A stretch of DNA of 32,000 nucleotides from Propionibacterium ruminifibrarum (lineage in GTDB: Bacteria > Actinomycetota > Actinomycetes > Propionibacteriales > Propionibacteriaceae): the NCBI RefSeq assembly GCF_900289195.1, contig NZ_OMOH01000001.1, positions 328,706-360,705 on the forward strand. Direction: 5' to 3'. Of the stretch, positions 19,677-30,654 are shown in pieces; within the stretch, counting starts at the first letter, position 1, and each line of letters begins with the position of its first letter. A model generated the notes under the pieces. It ran no database searches. It was not told the DNA's origin and saw only the letters and a program-made list of their open reading frames with translations. Made by a program: the position numbers and the translations under genes.

Positions 19677-20594
19677 TCAGACGCGCAGGTACTTGCGGGT
19701 GACGACGAGCGTCGGAAGCACCGACAGCACCACGCCGACGGCCAGCACGACGAGCATCGCCGGGCAGGTCTGGCCCCAGCCGATCCAGCCGAACGAGGCC
19801 AGGGTCTGGTGCGAGCTGAGGGTGTCCACGACGAAGTACTGCAGGCCCGCCATGACGCCGCACGCCAGGAGCGAGCCGATCACGCCGGAGAACAGCGCCT
19901 CCAGCAGGAAGGGCAGCAGGATGTAGGTGGTGGATGCGCCGGTCAGACGCATGATCCCGATCTCGCGTCGGCGGGTGAAGGCCGAGATGCGGATCGAGTT
20001 GGCGATCTGCAGGCTGCCGGCCAGCAGCAGCACGCAGGCGATGCCCAAGGTCCCCCACTTCAGCGCGTTGATGACGCGGAAGAACGGATCGAGGATCGTG
20101 TGCAGGTCCTGGACGTTCTGCACGCCCTCCAGCACCGAGAGCTTGGTGATGACGCCCTGGTAGTCCTGCGGGTCCTTGAGCTTGACGCGGAAGACCTCCT
20201 GCATCTGCTCGACGGTCAGCGAGTCCCCGACGGGGTTGTCGCCGTAGGTGGCCTGGAACTCCTCATAGGCCTCCTGCTTGGTCTGGTAGTAGATCGTCTC
20301 GACGTTGGGGTCCGCCTCGAGAACCGAACGGATCGCCTCGCGCTGCTCACCGGTGACGTTCTCCCCCTCGACGCAGTTGCCGCCGAGGCCGTTGGCCGCC
20401 GAGTCCTGGTTGCACAGGAAGGCGGAGATCTCGATCCGGTCGTACCAGTCCCCCTTGAGCTCGTCGACCTCGGCGATGGTCATGAGACTGGCGCCGAACA
20501 GGGCGAGCGAGACCCACATCGTGATGATGACCGAGACGGTCATCGACATGTTCCGACGCAGACCCGACCAGGTCTCACGCAGGGTGTGACGCAT
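19677..20594 (-). CDS. ftsX: Cell-division ABC transporter permease-like protein FtsX
   Basis: 305 aa, N-terminal 'LRETWSGLRRN', an extracellular domain and 4 TM segments. Lies directly downstream of ftsE. Confidence 0.95.
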   Translation of the reverse strand: MRHTLRETWSGLRRNMSMTVSVIITMWVSLALFGASLMTIAEVDELKGDWYDRIEISAFLCNQDSAANGLGGNCVEGENVTGEQREAIRSVLEADPNVETIYYQTKQEAYEEFQATYGDNPVGDSLTVEQMQEVFRVKLKDPQDYQGVITKLSVLEGVQNVQDLHTILDPFFRVINALKWGTLGIACVLLLAGSLQIANSIRISAFTRRREIGIMRLTGASTTYILLPFLLEALFSGVIGSLLACGVMAGLQYFVVDTLSSHQTLASFGWIGWGQTCPAMLVVLAVGVVLSVLPTLVVTRKYLRV

Positions 20595-20639
20595 CGATGG
20601 ACTCCTGTTCTGTCTGGACGAGCGGCTGTGCCGCGTGGA

Positions 20640-21326
20640 TCATGCTGTGCCGTAGGCGCCGGTGGCCTGGTCCCGCACGACGCTCCCGGCGTCGAGCTCG
20701 ATGACCCGGCGGCGCATCTGGTCGACGATCGTCGCGTCGTGGGTGGCCATGAGCACCGTGGTGCCGCGCCGGTGGATGCGGTCGAGCAGCTTCATGATGC
20801 CGACGCTGGTGGCCGGGTCGAGGTTGCCGGTGGGCTCATCGGCGGTGAGGACGAGTGGATCGTTGACGACGGCGCGGGCGATCGCCACGCGCTGCTGCTC
20901 GCCGCCCGAGAGTTCTTCGGGCAGACGGTCGCCCTTGGTGGACAGGCCGACCAGGTCGAGGGTGGCGGGCACGCGCTCCCGGATCTCTGCGCTCGGCCTG
21001 CCGATCACCTGCAGGGCGAACGCGACGTTCTCGTACACGGTCTTGCCGGGCAGCAGCCGGAAGTCCTGGAAGATCATGCCGACCTTGCGGCGCAGTCTCG
21101 GCACGCGGAACTGGCCGAGCCTGCCGACGTCCTGTCCGTCGACCAGGACACGGCCGGAGTCGGCGCGCAGTTCGCGGGTGATGAGACGCAGGAAGGTGGA
21201 CTTGCCCGAGCCCGACACGCCGACGAGGAAGGCGAACTCTCCCTTGTCGATGTGCACGTCGACCCCCGACAGCGCAGGGGTCGTCTGGTTCGGGTAGATC
21301 TTCGTGACGTTGTCGAATGTGATCAC
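20640..21326 (-). CDS. ftsE: Cell-division ATP-binding protein FtsE
   Basis: Walker A 'GVSGSGKST', signature 'LSGGEQQRV', Walker B '[13 protein letters not shown]'. Confidence 0.96.
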   Translation of the reverse strand: MITFDNVTKIYPNQTTPALSGVDVHIDKGEFAFLVGVSGSGKSTFLRLITRELRADSGRVLVDGQDVGRLGQFRVPRLRRKVGMIFQDFRLLPGKTVYENVAFALQVIGRPSAEIRERVPATLDLVGLSTKGDRLPEELSGGEQQRVAIARAVVNDPLVLTADEPTGNLDPATSVGIMKLLDRIHRRGTTVLMATHDATIVDQMRRRVIELDAGSVVRDQATGAYGTA

Positions 21327-21479
21327 AGCTGCTTCCTGCCGGCTGGACGAGGGAGAAGGGGCCGGTCGGCGGCGGGGAACCGCCGCCGGTCGTCCACGAG
21401 TCTAGGGGCCGATCGGTGAAGGAGGCCCGGCCTCGACTCCCCGGCGTGTCGCAGCGGCCGGCCCGGCGGGCAGGAGCGA

Positions 21480-22616
21480 TCAGGCCTGCTCGACCTGGCG
21501 GCGCCAGCGGATGCCCGAGTCGATGAAGGCGTCGATGTCGCCGTCGAAGACGGCGTCTGGATTACCGGATTCGTGGTTGGTGCGCAGGTCCTTGACCATC
21601 TGGTAGGGGTGGAGCACGTAGGAACGCATCTGCGAACCCCACGAGTTCCCCTCCGACTTCAGGGCGTTCATCTCGGCCTCGCGCTCGGCGCGGGCCTTCT
21701 CGAGCAGCTTGGCCTGAAGCACCCGCAGGCAGGCGGCCTTGTTCTGGATCTGGGAGCGCTCGTTCTGGCAGCTCACCACGATGCCGGTGGGCAGATGGGT
21801 GACGCGCACCGCCGAGTCGGTCGTGTTGACGCCCTGACCGCCGGGGCCGGAGGCGTGGAAGACGTCGACGCGGATGTCCTGCTCGGGGATGTCGATGTGG
21901 TCGGTCTCCTCGACGACGGGGAGCACTTCGACGCCGGCGAAGCTCGTCTGGCGGCGTCCCTGGTTGTCGAAGGGGCTGATGCGCACCAGGCGATGCGTGC
22001 CCTGCTCGACGGACAGGGTGCCGTAGGCGTAGGGGCACTTCACCGTGAAGGTCGCCGACTTGATACCGGCCTCCTCGGCGTAGCTGACGTCGTAGACCTC
22101 GTAGGAGTAGTCGTGGCGTTCGCACCAGCGCTCGTACATGCGCAGCAGCATGGCGGCGAAGTCGGCGGCATCGACACCGCCCGCCTCGGAGCGGATCGTC
22201 ACCAGGGCGTCCCGCTCGTCGTACTCACCGGACAACAGGGTGCGGACCTCGAGGGCCTCGATCTCCTCGGACAGGGCGTCGATCTCACGTGCCGCCTCGT
22301 CGGCGGTGTCGCCGTCCTGCTCCTCGGCCGCCAGTTCGACGAGCACCAGGACGTCGTCGAGGCGTCCGCGCAGCCCCTCGACGCGCTCGACGTCGGACTG
22401 CAGGCGCGAGAGCCTGCTGGTCACCTGTTGAGCGTGTTCCTGGTTGTTCCACAGATCGGGGGCGGCGGACTCCACCTCGAGTTCGGCGATCTGCTCCTTC
22501 TTGGCGGGCACGTCGATGACGGCCTCGATCGACGTGAGGGACGTGTCGAGCCGCGCGATCCGTTCTTTCAATTCATCCAGGGCCACGTCGAACAAGTCTA
22601 CGGCACCGCCGGGCAC
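21480..22616 (-). CDS. prfB: Peptide chain release factor 2
   Basis: RF2 'SPF' motif (RISPFD) and 'SGPGGQGVN' GGQ motif. Uninterrupted frame. Start set at GTG 22616 (alternative TTG 22595). The upstream part of the 630-aa ORF is shadow. Confidence 0.94.
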   Translation of the reverse strand: MPGGAVDLFDVALDELKERIARLDTSLTSIEAVIDVPAKKEQIAELEVESAAPDLWNNQEHAQQVTSRLSRLQSDVERVEGLRGRLDDVLVLVELAAEEQDGDTADEAAREIDALSEEIEALEVRTLLSGEYDERDALVTIRSEAGGVDAADFAAMLLRMYERWCERHDYSYEVYDVSYAEEAGIKSATFTVKCPYAYGTLSVEQGTHRLVRISPFDNQGRRQTSFAGVEVLPVVEETDHIDIPEQDIRVDVFHASGPGGQGVNTTDSAVRVTHLPTGIVVSCQNERSQIQNKAACLRVLQAKLLEKARAEREAEMNALKSEGNSWGSQMRSYVLHPYQMVKDLRTNHESGNPDAVFDGDIDAFIDSGIRWRRQVEQA

Positions 22617-22758
22617 GGCATCGGCGGGCGGGATCGGCTCGATGGCTCCGATGAACGCGCCCAGGCGCCCGGCGCGGGCGGTGGGAGGATTGAACACGCC
22701 CGGGACACACCCCTGTCCCAAGGGGCCGGGCAACCGATACGTCAACGAGGAGTCCCCC

Positions 22759-23220
22759 ATGGGTACAGTGAAGAACCAGCTCCAGTCCGATCTGGTGACC
22801 GCCATGAAGAACCGGGATGACCGGGCCAAGTCGACGATCCGGATGGCGATCGCGGCCATGACGAACGCGGAGGTCTCGGGCACGGCCCACGAACTGAGCG
22901 ACGAGGAGGAACTGCAGATCCTCACCCGCGAGGTCCGCACGCGTGAGGAGTCGGCCAGGACGTACGCGGAGGCCGGCCGCACCGAGCTGGCTGAGAAGGA
23001 GTCGGCCGAGGCCGCCTTCTTGTCGCGGTATCTGCCCCCGAAGCTGTCCGAGGAGGAACTGACCGCCATCGTCGCCGAGGAGATCCGGGGCGTCTGCGGT
23101 GATCGTGTCCCGACCATGCGGGACATGGGGGCCATCGTCAAGGCCGTCAACGCCCGTGCCGCCGGGCGCGCGGAGGGCAGGGTCGTCGCCGCCCTGGTGA
23201 AGCGGAGCATCACCGGCTGA
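22759..23220 (+). CDS. GatB/YqeY domain-containing protein
   Basis: '[13 protein letters not shown]...[40 protein letters not shown]' is typical of YqeY. ATG 22759 with SD GAGGAG 6 nt upstream. Confidence 0.88.
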   Translation: MGTVKNQLQSDLVTAMKNRDDRAKSTIRMAIAAMTNAEVSGTAHELSDEEELQILTREVRTREESARTYAEAGRTELAEKESAEAAFLSRYLPPKLSEEELTAIVAEEIRGVCGDRVPTMRDMGAIVKAVNARAAGRAEGRVVAALVKRSITG

Positions 23221-23274
23221 CCCGCAGCCGCCGAGCCACGCCGGCCCGGCCCCGGCCCGCCACCGACCACTGGG

Positions 23275-23305
23275 TTGATAATTATTAGTGAATCAGCATA
23301 ATTAT
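23275..23305 (+). promoter_or_regulatory. Sigma-70-like promoter (TTGATA-16 nt-CATAAT) overlapped by two copies of the palindrome ATAATTAT
   Basis: -35 TTGATA at 23275-23280 and -10 CATAAT at 23297-23302. ATAATTAT occurs at 23278-23285 and 23298-23305. This is an AT-rich island in otherwise GC-rich DNA, about 60 nt upstream of the SBP gene. Confidence 0.55.
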
Positions 23306-23362
23306 GGGTTGTTCGGGGTCGGGGCATCCCGGACCGGAGAACACCACCAAGGAGGAGGGCCC

Positions 23363-24262
23363 GTGCGGGCACGAGGAGTCATCGCCGCTGTGACGGCGAT
23401 GTGCGCGGCGATGGCGCTGGCAGCCTGCCAATCGGCCGACCAGGTCATCGCCGAGTACAACAACGCGGACGCCGCCGGTTACGACGCGTCGACGGTACAG
23501 ACCGACCCGGCCATCCAGGCGCTCGTCCCGGAGACCGTCTCGGCGGACGGCATGCTGACCATCGGATCCAACCTGTACTGGGCCCCCGCCGAGTTCCAGC
23601 AGGGCGGCACACCGGTCGGCTACGAGATCGACATGATGAGGGCGGTCGCCCGGCGCATGGGTCTAGAACTGCACGTGGAGAACGCCGAGTTCGACTCGAT
23701 CATGCCGGCCATCGGCTCCAAGTACGAGGTCGGCGCCTCGTCGTTCACGATCACGTCCGAGCGCGAGGCCAACTTCAACATGATCCAGTTCTACTTCGGC
23801 GGCATAGCCTGGGCCACCCAGTCGGGCAATCCGACCGAGTTCGACCCGGCCGACATCTGCGGCCGCTCGGTCGGCGTGCAGACCGGCACGATGGAGGACG
23901 ACGCGGTGGCCGAGATGGCTCAGGAGTGCGACGTCCAGCCGGCCATCCAGCGCTACGACAGTCAGGACGCCGTCACACAGGCCCTGACCGGCGGGAAGAT
24001 CGAGGCCATGTCGGCCGACTCCCCCGTCATCGACTACGCGGTCGCCAAGACCGATGGCGCGATCGCCGCGATCGGCGAGGTCACCGAGATGGCCCCGTTC
24101 GGCGTTGTCGTCCGCAAGGACGACCAGGCGATGACCGACGCCGTGCAGGCCGCCCTGCAGTCCCTCATGGACGACGGCACGCTGGTGCAGATCTTCGCGG
24201 CGTGGGGCATCAACGACAACATCGCCGATCAGGCGATCGTGAACCCGGAGGTCGATGGATGA
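23363..24262 (+). CDS. Polar amino-acid ABC transporter substrate-binding lipoprotein (family 3)
   Basis: GTG 23363 after SD AAGGAGGAG. Signal plus lipobox 'AMALAAC'. SBP_bac_3-like body. Confidence 0.9.
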   Translation: MRARGVIAAVTAMCAAMALAACQSADQVIAEYNNADAAGYDASTVQTDPAIQALVPETVSADGMLTIGSNLYWAPAEFQQGGTPVGYEIDMMRAVARRMGLELHVENAEFDSIMPAIGSKYEVGASSFTITSEREANFNMIQFYFGGIAWATQSGNPTEFDPADICGRSVGVQTGTMEDDAVAEMAQECDVQPAIQRYDSQDAVTQALTGGKIEAMSADSPVIDYAVAKTDGAIAAIGEVTEMAPFGVVVRKDDQAMTDAVQAALQSLMDDGTLVQIFAAWGINDNIADQAIVNPEVDG

Positions 24263-25251
24263 GCAGCAAGGCACCCGGCGCCGTGAACGCACCGGCCGTG
24301 GACGAGCCCCCGGAGCTGATCCGCGCGATCCCGCTGCCCCACTACGGGCGCTGGGCAACCGTCGCAGTGCTCGTCGTCCTGGCGGCCATGGCGGTTCACG
24401 GCCTGGTCACCAACGAGAACTACCACTGGGACCTCGTGTTCCCGATGCTGTTCACCTACGAGATCGGCAGGGCCATCGGCTGGACGCTGATCCTGACGGT
24501 CGCGGCCATGACGATCGGCATCATCCTCGCCGTGACGCTGGCCGTCATGCGGCGCAGCGCCAACCCGGTGATGCGCGCGGTGGCCACCTTCTACATCTGG
24601 TTCTTCCGCGGAACACCGATCTACACCCAGCTGATCTTCTGGGGTCTGATCGGCGTGCTCTACCCGCGTCTGAGCCTGGGGATCCCGTTCGGCCCCGAGT
24701 TCTTCAGCTTCCGCACCTACGACGTCTTCACGGCCGGCGTCTCGGCGATCCTGGGGCTGGGGCTGAACGAAGCCGCCTACCTCGCCGAGATCGTCCGTTC
24801 GGGGCTGGGCTCGGTCGACAAGGGGCAGGAGGAGGCCGCGCAGGCACTCGGCATGCGCCCGCGCTCGATCCTGTTCCGCATCGTGCTGCCGCAGGCGATG
24901 CGTGTCATCGTCCCGCCCACCGGCAACGAGACGATCTCGATGCTGAAGACCACCTCCCTGGTGACCGCAGTGCCGTTCACCCTGGAGCTCACCAAGGTCG
25001 CCACCGACTACGGCTCCCAGACGCTGCTGCCGATCCCCTTCCTGGTGGTCGCCGGCATCTGGTACCTGGTCATCACCTCGATCCTCATGTTCTTCCAGTC
25101 GAAGCTCGAGGCCTACTACGGCCGGGGCGACTCCACGACCCCCGGCCGGCTGTCGCTGCGCGGCAGGCGCAGGCAGCGCACATCACGTCAGGCCGCCATC
25201 AATGCGGCGCATACGACCCCGGCCGCGACGGCGGCCGAGTGGACCCCGTGA
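24259..25251 (+). CDS. Amino-acid ABC transporter permease
   Basis: The ATG overlaps the SBP stop (ATGA). Contains 'FRGTPIYTQLIFWG' and the EAA loop 'EEAAQALGMRPRSILFRIVLPQA'. Confidence 0.92.
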   Translation: MSSKAPGAVNAPAVDEPPELIRAIPLPHYGRWATVAVLVVLAAMAVHGLVTNENYHWDLVFPMLFTYEIGRAIGWTLILTVAAMTIGIILAVTLAVMRRSANPVMRAVATFYIWFFRGTPIYTQLIFWGLIGVLYPRLSLGIPFGPEFFSFRTYDVFTAGVSAILGLGLNEAAYLAEIVRSGLGSVDKGQEEAAQALGMRPRSILFRIVLPQAMRVIVPPTGNETISMLKTTSLVTAVPFTLELTKVATDYGSQTLLPIPFLVVAGIWYLVITSILMFFQSKLEAYYGRGDSTTPGRLSLRGRRRQRTSRQAAINAAHTTPAATAAEWTP

Positions 25252-25263
25252 GGAGGCCGGGAC

Positions 25264-26037
25264 ATGGCGATGGTTGAGGTGCACGATGTGCACAAGTTCT
25301 ACGGCGACCTGCACGTTCTCAAGGGCGTGAGCCTGCACGTCGAGCGCGGCCAGGTCTGCACGATCCTCGGGCCGTCCGGTTCGGGCAAGTCGACGCTACT
25401 GCGGTGCGTCAACGTGCTCGAGGAGATCCAGTCGGGTTCGATCACGGTCGACGGCACGCTCATGGGTTACGCGAAGGACGATCATGGCAGGCTGCACGAG
25501 TTGCGGCCGAGGCAGCTGGCGGCCCAGCGGTCGAGGATCGGCATGGTCTTCCAGCGCTTCAACCTCTTCCCCCACATGTCCGCCCTGGGCAACGTCATGG
25601 CCGCACCGGTGCGCGTGGCCGGCAGGCCGAAGGAGGAGGCCAAGGAGCAGGCCATGGAGCTGCTGGAGCGCGTGGGTCTGGCCGACCGCGCCCACCACTT
25701 CCCGGCCCAGCTGTCGGGCGGCCAGCAGCAGCGCGTGGCGATCGCCCGCGCGCTGGCCATGGAACCCGATCTGATGCTCTTCGACGAACCGACCAGCGCC
25801 CTCGACCCCGAGCTGGTCGGTGAGGTGCTGGCGGTGATGCAGGACCTGGCCGCCTCGGGCATGACGATGATGGTCGTCACCCACGAGATGGGTTTCGCCC
25901 GTGAGGTCTCCGATGTGGCCGTCTTCATGGACGAAGGCGTCATCGTCGAGTCGGGCTCCCCCGCCGAACTCTTCGACAACCCGCAGCAGGACCGCACCAG
26001 GGAGTTCCTCCAGAAGGTGCTCTCCCACACCGAGTGA
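25264..26037 (+). CDS. Amino-acid ABC transporter ATP-binding protein (GlnQ-like)
   Basis: Walker A 'GPSGSGKST', '[15 protein letters not shown]', '[12 protein letters not shown]'. Confidence 0.95.
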   Translation: MAMVEVHDVHKFYGDLHVLKGVSLHVERGQVCTILGPSGSGKSTLLRCVNVLEEIQSGSITVDGTLMGYAKDDHGRLHELRPRQLAAQRSRIGMVFQRFNLFPHMSALGNVMAAPVRVAGRPKEEAKEQAMELLERVGLADRAHHFPAQLSGGQQQRVAIARALAMEPDLMLFDEPTSALDPELVGEVLAVMQDLAASGMTMMVVTHEMGFAREVSDVAVFMDEGVIVESGSPAELFDNPQQDRTREFLQKVLSHTE

Positions 26038-26077
26038 GCGAGCCCCCGGGCCGCTCGTCGCAGCGGAGTACAGCGGG

Positions 26078-27061
26078 CTAGGGCACGACGACAACGCCCT
26101 TGCCGCCCACCACCCCGGCCTCCATGTCCCGGTGTGCCTGGACGATCTGGTCGAGCCGGTAGGTGCGGCCCACCGGAACCACGGCGCGCCCGTCGCGTAC
26201 GGCATCGAGGAAGTCCTGGAGGGTGCTGGCGGGCAGATCGGCGGCCTCCCCGGAGTAGGCGGTCAGACGAACGCCGTTGGGCAGCCAGTCCATCGGGTAG
26301 AACTCGGCGATCGTCCACTGATCCGACAGCATGCCCGTGAAGCAGACCGTCCCCCCGCTGCGAACCGAGCGGAGCGTGTCCTTCAGGACGTTGACGCCCA
26401 CCAGCTCGATCGCGCCGTCGACGCCGGCGGGCACCATCTCGCGGACACGGTCGGCGACGCTGCCGTCGTCGATGAGGACGTGATCGACTCCGACGCCCTC
26501 CAGCAGTGCGCGACCCGCCTCACGTCGGGTCGTCGCGTACACGGTCATCCCCCGGAGCCGCGCGAGGACGGCGGCCGCGAGACCGACCGATGACGTGCCG
26601 CCTCGGATCAGGATGGTGTCGCCGGCACGGGCGCGAAGGCCCGTCGTCAGTGACCCGTTGGCGGTCTGCACCATCTCCGGGACCGCGCCCAGGGTCGCCC
26701 AGTCCAGATCGGACTGGAACGGGACGACCTGCGCGGCGGGCACGCACACGTACTCGGCGTAGCCGCCGTCGAACTCCCGGCCCATGCCGCCCATCATCGT
26801 GACGACCTGCGTGCCGGGCGCGAACTCGCCCCCGGGGGCGTCGGCGACAGTGCCCGTGGCCTCGATGCCGGGCACTCGTGGGAACGAACCCGAGTAGGCG
26901 AGGCCCTGCCGGAAGTGCAGCTCCGAGCGATTCAGTCCGAACGCCCGGACCCTGATGAGCACCTCGCCCGGTTGGGGTTCGGGGACGGGAATGTCCCGCA
27001 GGTGGAGCGCCTCGGGAGGCCCGGGTGCGTCCAGGACGACTGCGCGCATGGTCGGGGTCAT
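26078..27061 (-). CDS. Zinc-type alcohol dehydrogenase / NADPH:quinone oxidoreductase family (MDR)
   Basis: 327 aa with '[16 protein letters not shown]' and the Rossmann segment '[14 protein letters not shown]'. SD GAGGAGGAG before the ATG. Confidence 0.9.
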   Translation of the reverse strand: MTPTMRAVVLDAPGPPEALHLRDIPVPEPQPGEVLIRVRAFGLNRSELHFRQGLAYSGSFPRVPGIEATGTVADAPGGEFAPGTQVVTMMGGMGREFDGGYAEYVCVPAAQVVPFQSDLDWATLGAVPEMVQTANGSLTTGLRARAGDTILIRGGTSSVGLAAAVLARLRGMTVYATTRREAGRALLEGVGVDHVLIDDGSVADRVREMVPAGVDGAIELVGVNVLKDTLRSVRSGGTVCFTGMLSDQWTIAEFYPMDWLPNGVRLTAYSGEAADLPASTLQDFLDAVRDGRAVVPVGRTYRLDQIVQAHRDMEAGVVGGKGVVVVP

Positions 27062-27360
27062 TGCTTCTCCTCCTCGGGTGCGGGGCGGACCGGGCCATTC
27101 GTGCCCTCACGAGGGCTCGGCGGTCGTTGTCGCGTCGAGGGGCGAGGCGCCGGGCCGCAGCGGTGGCGTCCCCACACTAGCCAGGTCGTCCCCGGGGCGC
27201 TGGGACATCGTCGTGTGCGGTTCGTTCCCGTGGATCGGTCCTCAGTCCGGAACACCCTCACGGCGCTCAAGAAACTACGATACTCTCTTTGGGAGAGTCA
27301 TGCTGGTTCGGCGTGTGCGGCATGGATCATGAGCAGGACCCGGCACAGGAAGGCAGCAGG

Positions 27361-28173
27361 GTGATCGAGTTCGAGCAGGTGACCAAGACGTATCCCGGGG
27401 GCTCTGTCGCCGTGGAGGGATTCTCCCTGGTGGTGCCCTCGCACCGCACGGTGGCGCTGGTCGGGTCATCGGGGTCGGGGAAGACGACGCTGCTGCGGAT
27501 GGTGAACCGGATGGTCGAGCCGACCTCCGGGCGGGTGCTGATCGACGATCAGGACGTGCAGGACCGCGACCCGGTCGAGCTGCGCCGGTCCATCGGGTAC
27601 GTGCTCCAGGCCGGCGGGCTGCTGCCGCACCGCACCGTGCTCGACAACGTCGCCACCGTGCTGCGCCTCAACCACGTCACCCGCCAGGCAGCCCGCGCTC
27701 GGGCCGCCGAGATGCTGGAGCGGGTCGGGTTGGACCCCGCCCTCGGCTCCCGGTACCCGGGGCAGCTCTCGGGCGGGCAGCAGCAACGCGTCGGGGTGGC
27801 CCGTGCGCTGGTTCCGGATCCGAACATCCTGCTGATGGACGAGCCCTTCGGGGCGGTCGACCCCATCGTGCGGCGCGAGTTGCAGGACGAGCTCGCCCGG
27901 CTGCAGACCGAGCTGGGAAAGACGATCGTGTTCGTCACCCACGACGTCGACGAGGCGTTCCGGCTCGGCGACGAGGTGGTCGTCCTGCGTGAACGGGCCG
28001 CGATCGCCCAGCAGGGCACTCCGAGCGACATCCTCGCCGCCCCAGCGGACGAGTTCGTGCACGATTTCGTCGGCGCGGGACGCGCCGAGCGTGTCCTGCA
28101 CACGCAGACCATCGGCGGCCGGCTGGTCGCCGTGGACGGGACCGGGCTTCCCGTGGGGGTGCTGGAGTCATGA
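27361..28173 (+). CDS. Osmoprotectant (glycine betaine/choline type) ABC transporter ATP-binding protein
   Basis: 'GSSGSGKTT', '[15 protein letters not shown]', 'ILLMDEPFGAVD'. GTG 27361 with SD AGGAAGG 7 nt upstream is preferred over the upstream ATG 27322 and TTG 27289. Confidence 0.9.
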   Translation: MIEFEQVTKTYPGGSVAVEGFSLVVPSHRTVALVGSSGSGKTTLLRMVNRMVEPTSGRVLIDDQDVQDRDPVELRRSIGYVLQAGGLLPHRTVLDNVATVLRLNHVTRQAARARAAEMLERVGLDPALGSRYPGQLSGGQQQRVGVARALVPDPNILLMDEPFGAVDPIVRRELQDELARLQTELGKTIVFVTHDVDEAFRLGDEVVVLRERAAIAQQGTPSDILAAPADEFVHDFVGAGRAERVLHTQTIGGRLVAVDGTGLPVGVLES

Positions 28174-28835
28174 CCTGGCTGTCGCTGAACTGGCCGCATG
28201 TGATCGACCTGGCTCGCGCCCATCTGCTGCTGAGCGTCCCCGCGATCCTCCTGAGCGTCGTGATCGCCGTCCCCGTGGGCCGGCTGGCTTACCGCCATCC
28301 CCGGGTCGGCGGGCCGCTGCTGGGGGCGGCGTCCCTGCTGTACGCGATCCCGGCGCTGCCACTGCTCATCGTCATCCCCGCGCTGCTGGGCACCCCGCTG
28401 CGCTCTGCCACGACGATGATCGTCGCCCTGACCGTCTACGGCGTTGCACTGCTGGTGCGCACCGCGGCCGACGCCTTCACGGCGGTCGATGACCACACCC
28501 GCGGCGCCGCGGTCGCGGTCGGGCACTCGCCGCTTGCGGTGTTCTGGCAGGTCGACCTCCCCCTGGCGTTTCCGGTACTGCTCTCCGGGGTGCGCGTGGT
28601 CACCGTCTCCACGATCGGACTGGTCACCATCGGCGCCCTCATCGGGGTGTCGAGCCTGGGCACGCTGCTCACCGATGGATTCCAGCGCAGCATCCCGGCC
28701 GAGGTCACCACAGGCGTGATCGCCACCGTGCTGCTGGCCCTCCTGCTCGACGGGCTCCTGCTGCTCACCGGCCGCGTCGCAGCGCCCTGGACGCGTGCCG
28801 CACGCCCGGCCCGAGGCACGGCGGTGACGGCATGA
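28170..28835 (+). CDS. Osmoprotectant ABC transporter permease
   Basis: Overlaps the ATPase stop by 4 nt. Six hydrophobic segments, BPD_transp_1-like. Confidence 0.9.
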   Translation: MTWLSLNWPHVIDLARAHLLLSVPAILLSVVIAVPVGRLAYRHPRVGGPLLGAASLLYAIPALPLLIVIPALLGTPLRSATTMIVALTVYGVALLVRTAADAFTAVDDHTRGAAVAVGHSPLAVFWQVDLPLAFPVLLSGVRVVTVSTIGLVTIGALIGVSSLGTLLTDGFQRSIPAEVTTGVIATVLLALLLDGLLLLTGRVAAPWTRAARPARGTAVTA

Positions 28836-29518
28836 ACCTCATCGCAGAGGCACTGGCGTGGCTGGCCGAACCGGCGAACTGGTCCGGTCCTGGCGGCATC
28901 CCCGCCCGGACCGGTCAGCATCTCGCGATCACCGCGCTCACGATCCTCCTCGCCGGGTTGATCGCGTGGCCCGCGGGCGTCCTCATCGGGCACACCCGCC
29001 GCGGGGCCGGAATCGTCGGCGCACTCACCGGAGCGGCCCGGGCGATCCCCACCCTCGGCCTGCTCACCCTGTTCGGGCTCGGCCTGGGCATCGGCCTGAC
29101 AGCACCGCTGCTGGCACTCATCGTGCTGGCGATCCCGTCGCTGCTGGCCGGAACCTACGCCGGCATCCAGGCCATCGACCCCGCCATCCCGGCCGCCGCT
29201 CGCGCGATCGGGATGAGCCCGGCCCAGGTGATCCTCACCGTCGAAGTACCCCTGGCCATGCCGGTCATCATCGGCGGGCTGCGGTCGGCGACGCTGCAGG
29301 TCGTCGCGACCGCGACGCTGGCCGCCTACACAGCCGACATCGGCCTGGGCCGTTACCTGTTCGCGGGGCTCAAGTCCCGCGACTACACCGAGATGCTCGG
29401 CGGCGCGCTCGTCGTCGTCGCACTCACCCTGGTCCTGGAGGTCGCACTGGCCATCTGCCAGTCCGTCGCCCGCCGCATCGTCGACCCCGCGTCGAGGACG
29501 CAACGCACCCCGGCCTGA
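28832..29518 (+). CDS. Osmoprotectant ABC transporter permease (second subunit)
   Basis: 4-nt overlap with the previous permease. Paralogous topology. Confidence 0.9.
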   Translation: MNLIAEALAWLAEPANWSGPGGIPARTGQHLAITALTILLAGLIAWPAGVLIGHTRRGAGIVGALTGAARAIPTLGLLTLFGLGLGIGLTAPLLALIVLAIPSLLAGTYAGIQAIDPAIPAAARAIGMSPAQVILTVEVPLAMPVIIGGLRSATLQVVATATLAAYTADIGLGRYLFAGLKSRDYTEMLGGALVVVALTLVLEVALAICQSVARRIVDPASRTQRTPA

Positions 29519-29544
29519 CCCATCACGAAGAACAGGAGCCGTTC

Positions 29545-30486
29545 ATGACCTACCGCACCATCTCCCGTCGCAGCATCCTCGCGGGGCTGACCACCGCGGC
29601 CACCGCTGGCGCGCTCGCCCTGGCGGGCTGCAGCAGGAGCGACCCGCTCGGCACCGACGCCGGGAACGACGCCGGCACTGCGTCGTCGAGGACGATCGTC
29701 ATCGGCTCGCAGGACTACTACTCCAGCGAGATCATCGCCGAGATCTACGCCCAAGCACTCGAGGACGCCGACTACACGGTCGATCGGCAGTTCCGGATCG
29801 GGCAGCGCGAGGCCTATGCCCCCGAGATCGAGGCGGGCGCGATCGACCTGTTCCCCGAGTACACCGGCCCACTGCTCCAGTACTGGAAGCCCGACACCGA
29901 GTCCAGGCTGTCGGAGGACGTGTACGCCGAACTGCTCGAGACGACACCAGACGGCCTACGCCTCCTCGACCAGTCGCCCGCGACCGATCAGAACGGCTAC
30001 ACCGTGACCCAGGAGTTCGCCGATGAATGGGATCTGACCACGATCGGCGACCTCACCAAGGTCACCACCCCGCTCACGCTCGGCGCCAACTCCGAGGGGG
30101 AGCACCGCCCCTACGGCCCCGAAGGGCTGGCCACGACCTACGGCGTGGAGGTCGCCTTCACCCCCATCGAGGACGATGGCGGCCCGCTGACCGTCAAGGC
30201 GCTCAAGGACGGCGACATCCAGCTCGCCATCATCTACACGGCCGACCCCTCCATCGCCGAGAACGGGCTCGTCTCCCTGGAGGACCCCAAGGGCCTGTTC
30301 ATCGCCTCCCACGTCGTGCCGCTCGTCAGCGACAACGTGGACGACGCGGCCGCCGCGATCATCAACAAGATCAGCGCCGCGATGAACCCCGAGGACCTCA
30401 TCGCCCTCAATGCCCGCAGCGTGAAGGAGGAGCTCCCAGCCGCCACCATCGCCTCGGACTGGCTCGCGCAGCAGAACCTCGGCTGA
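29545..30486 (+). CDS. Glycine betaine/choline-type ABC transporter substrate-binding lipoprotein (OpuAC-fold)
   Basis: ATG 29545 after AGGAG. 'SRRSILAGLTTAATAGALALAGC' (Tat-like signal plus lipobox). 'IVIGSQDYYSSEIIAEIYAQALE' and 'DLFPEYTG' are typical of OpuCC/YehZ-like binding proteins. Confidence 0.9.
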   Translation: MTYRTISRRSILAGLTTAATAGALALAGCSRSDPLGTDAGNDAGTASSRTIVIGSQDYYSSEIIAEIYAQALEDADYTVDRQFRIGQREAYAPEIEAGAIDLFPEYTGPLLQYWKPDTESRLSEDVYAELLETTPDGLRLLDQSPATDQNGYTVTQEFADEWDLTTIGDLTKVTTPLTLGANSEGEHRPYGPEGLATTYGVEVAFTPIEDDGGPLTVKALKDGDIQLAIIYTADPSIAENGLVSLEDPKGLFIASHVVPLVSDNVDDAAAAIINKISAAMNPEDLIALNARSVKEELPAATIASDWLAQQNLG

Positions 30487-30654
30487 GCAAGCGCGACAGC
30501 GGCGCGGGGCGCCGGCGCCGGACGCCCCCGCCCCGACGTCCCGGCGAATGCAACGCCTTGATACCGCACGCCCCGGGCGAGGGGTTCGAGGGCCACGCCC
30601 AGAGCACCGCTCCGGGCCGCCCGAGGGCACGGGGGTGGATTGGCGAACCATCGC

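Noticed and set aside
22500-22616. Programmed +1 frameshift site in prfB, as in E. coli.
   Set aside because: The RF2 frame is continuous from the chosen start. There is no in-frame early UGA or CUU-UGA-type shift site.
21480-23372. Very long N-terminal extensions of real genes in the ORF track: prfB to 23372, the kinase to 14975, yqgE to 6683, DUF2207B to 19338, the permease to 15196 and secA to 3514.
   Set aside because: The extensions overlap neighbouring well-supported genes, lack homology-like sequence, and contain internal starts with good SD sequences that give canonical protein N-termini.
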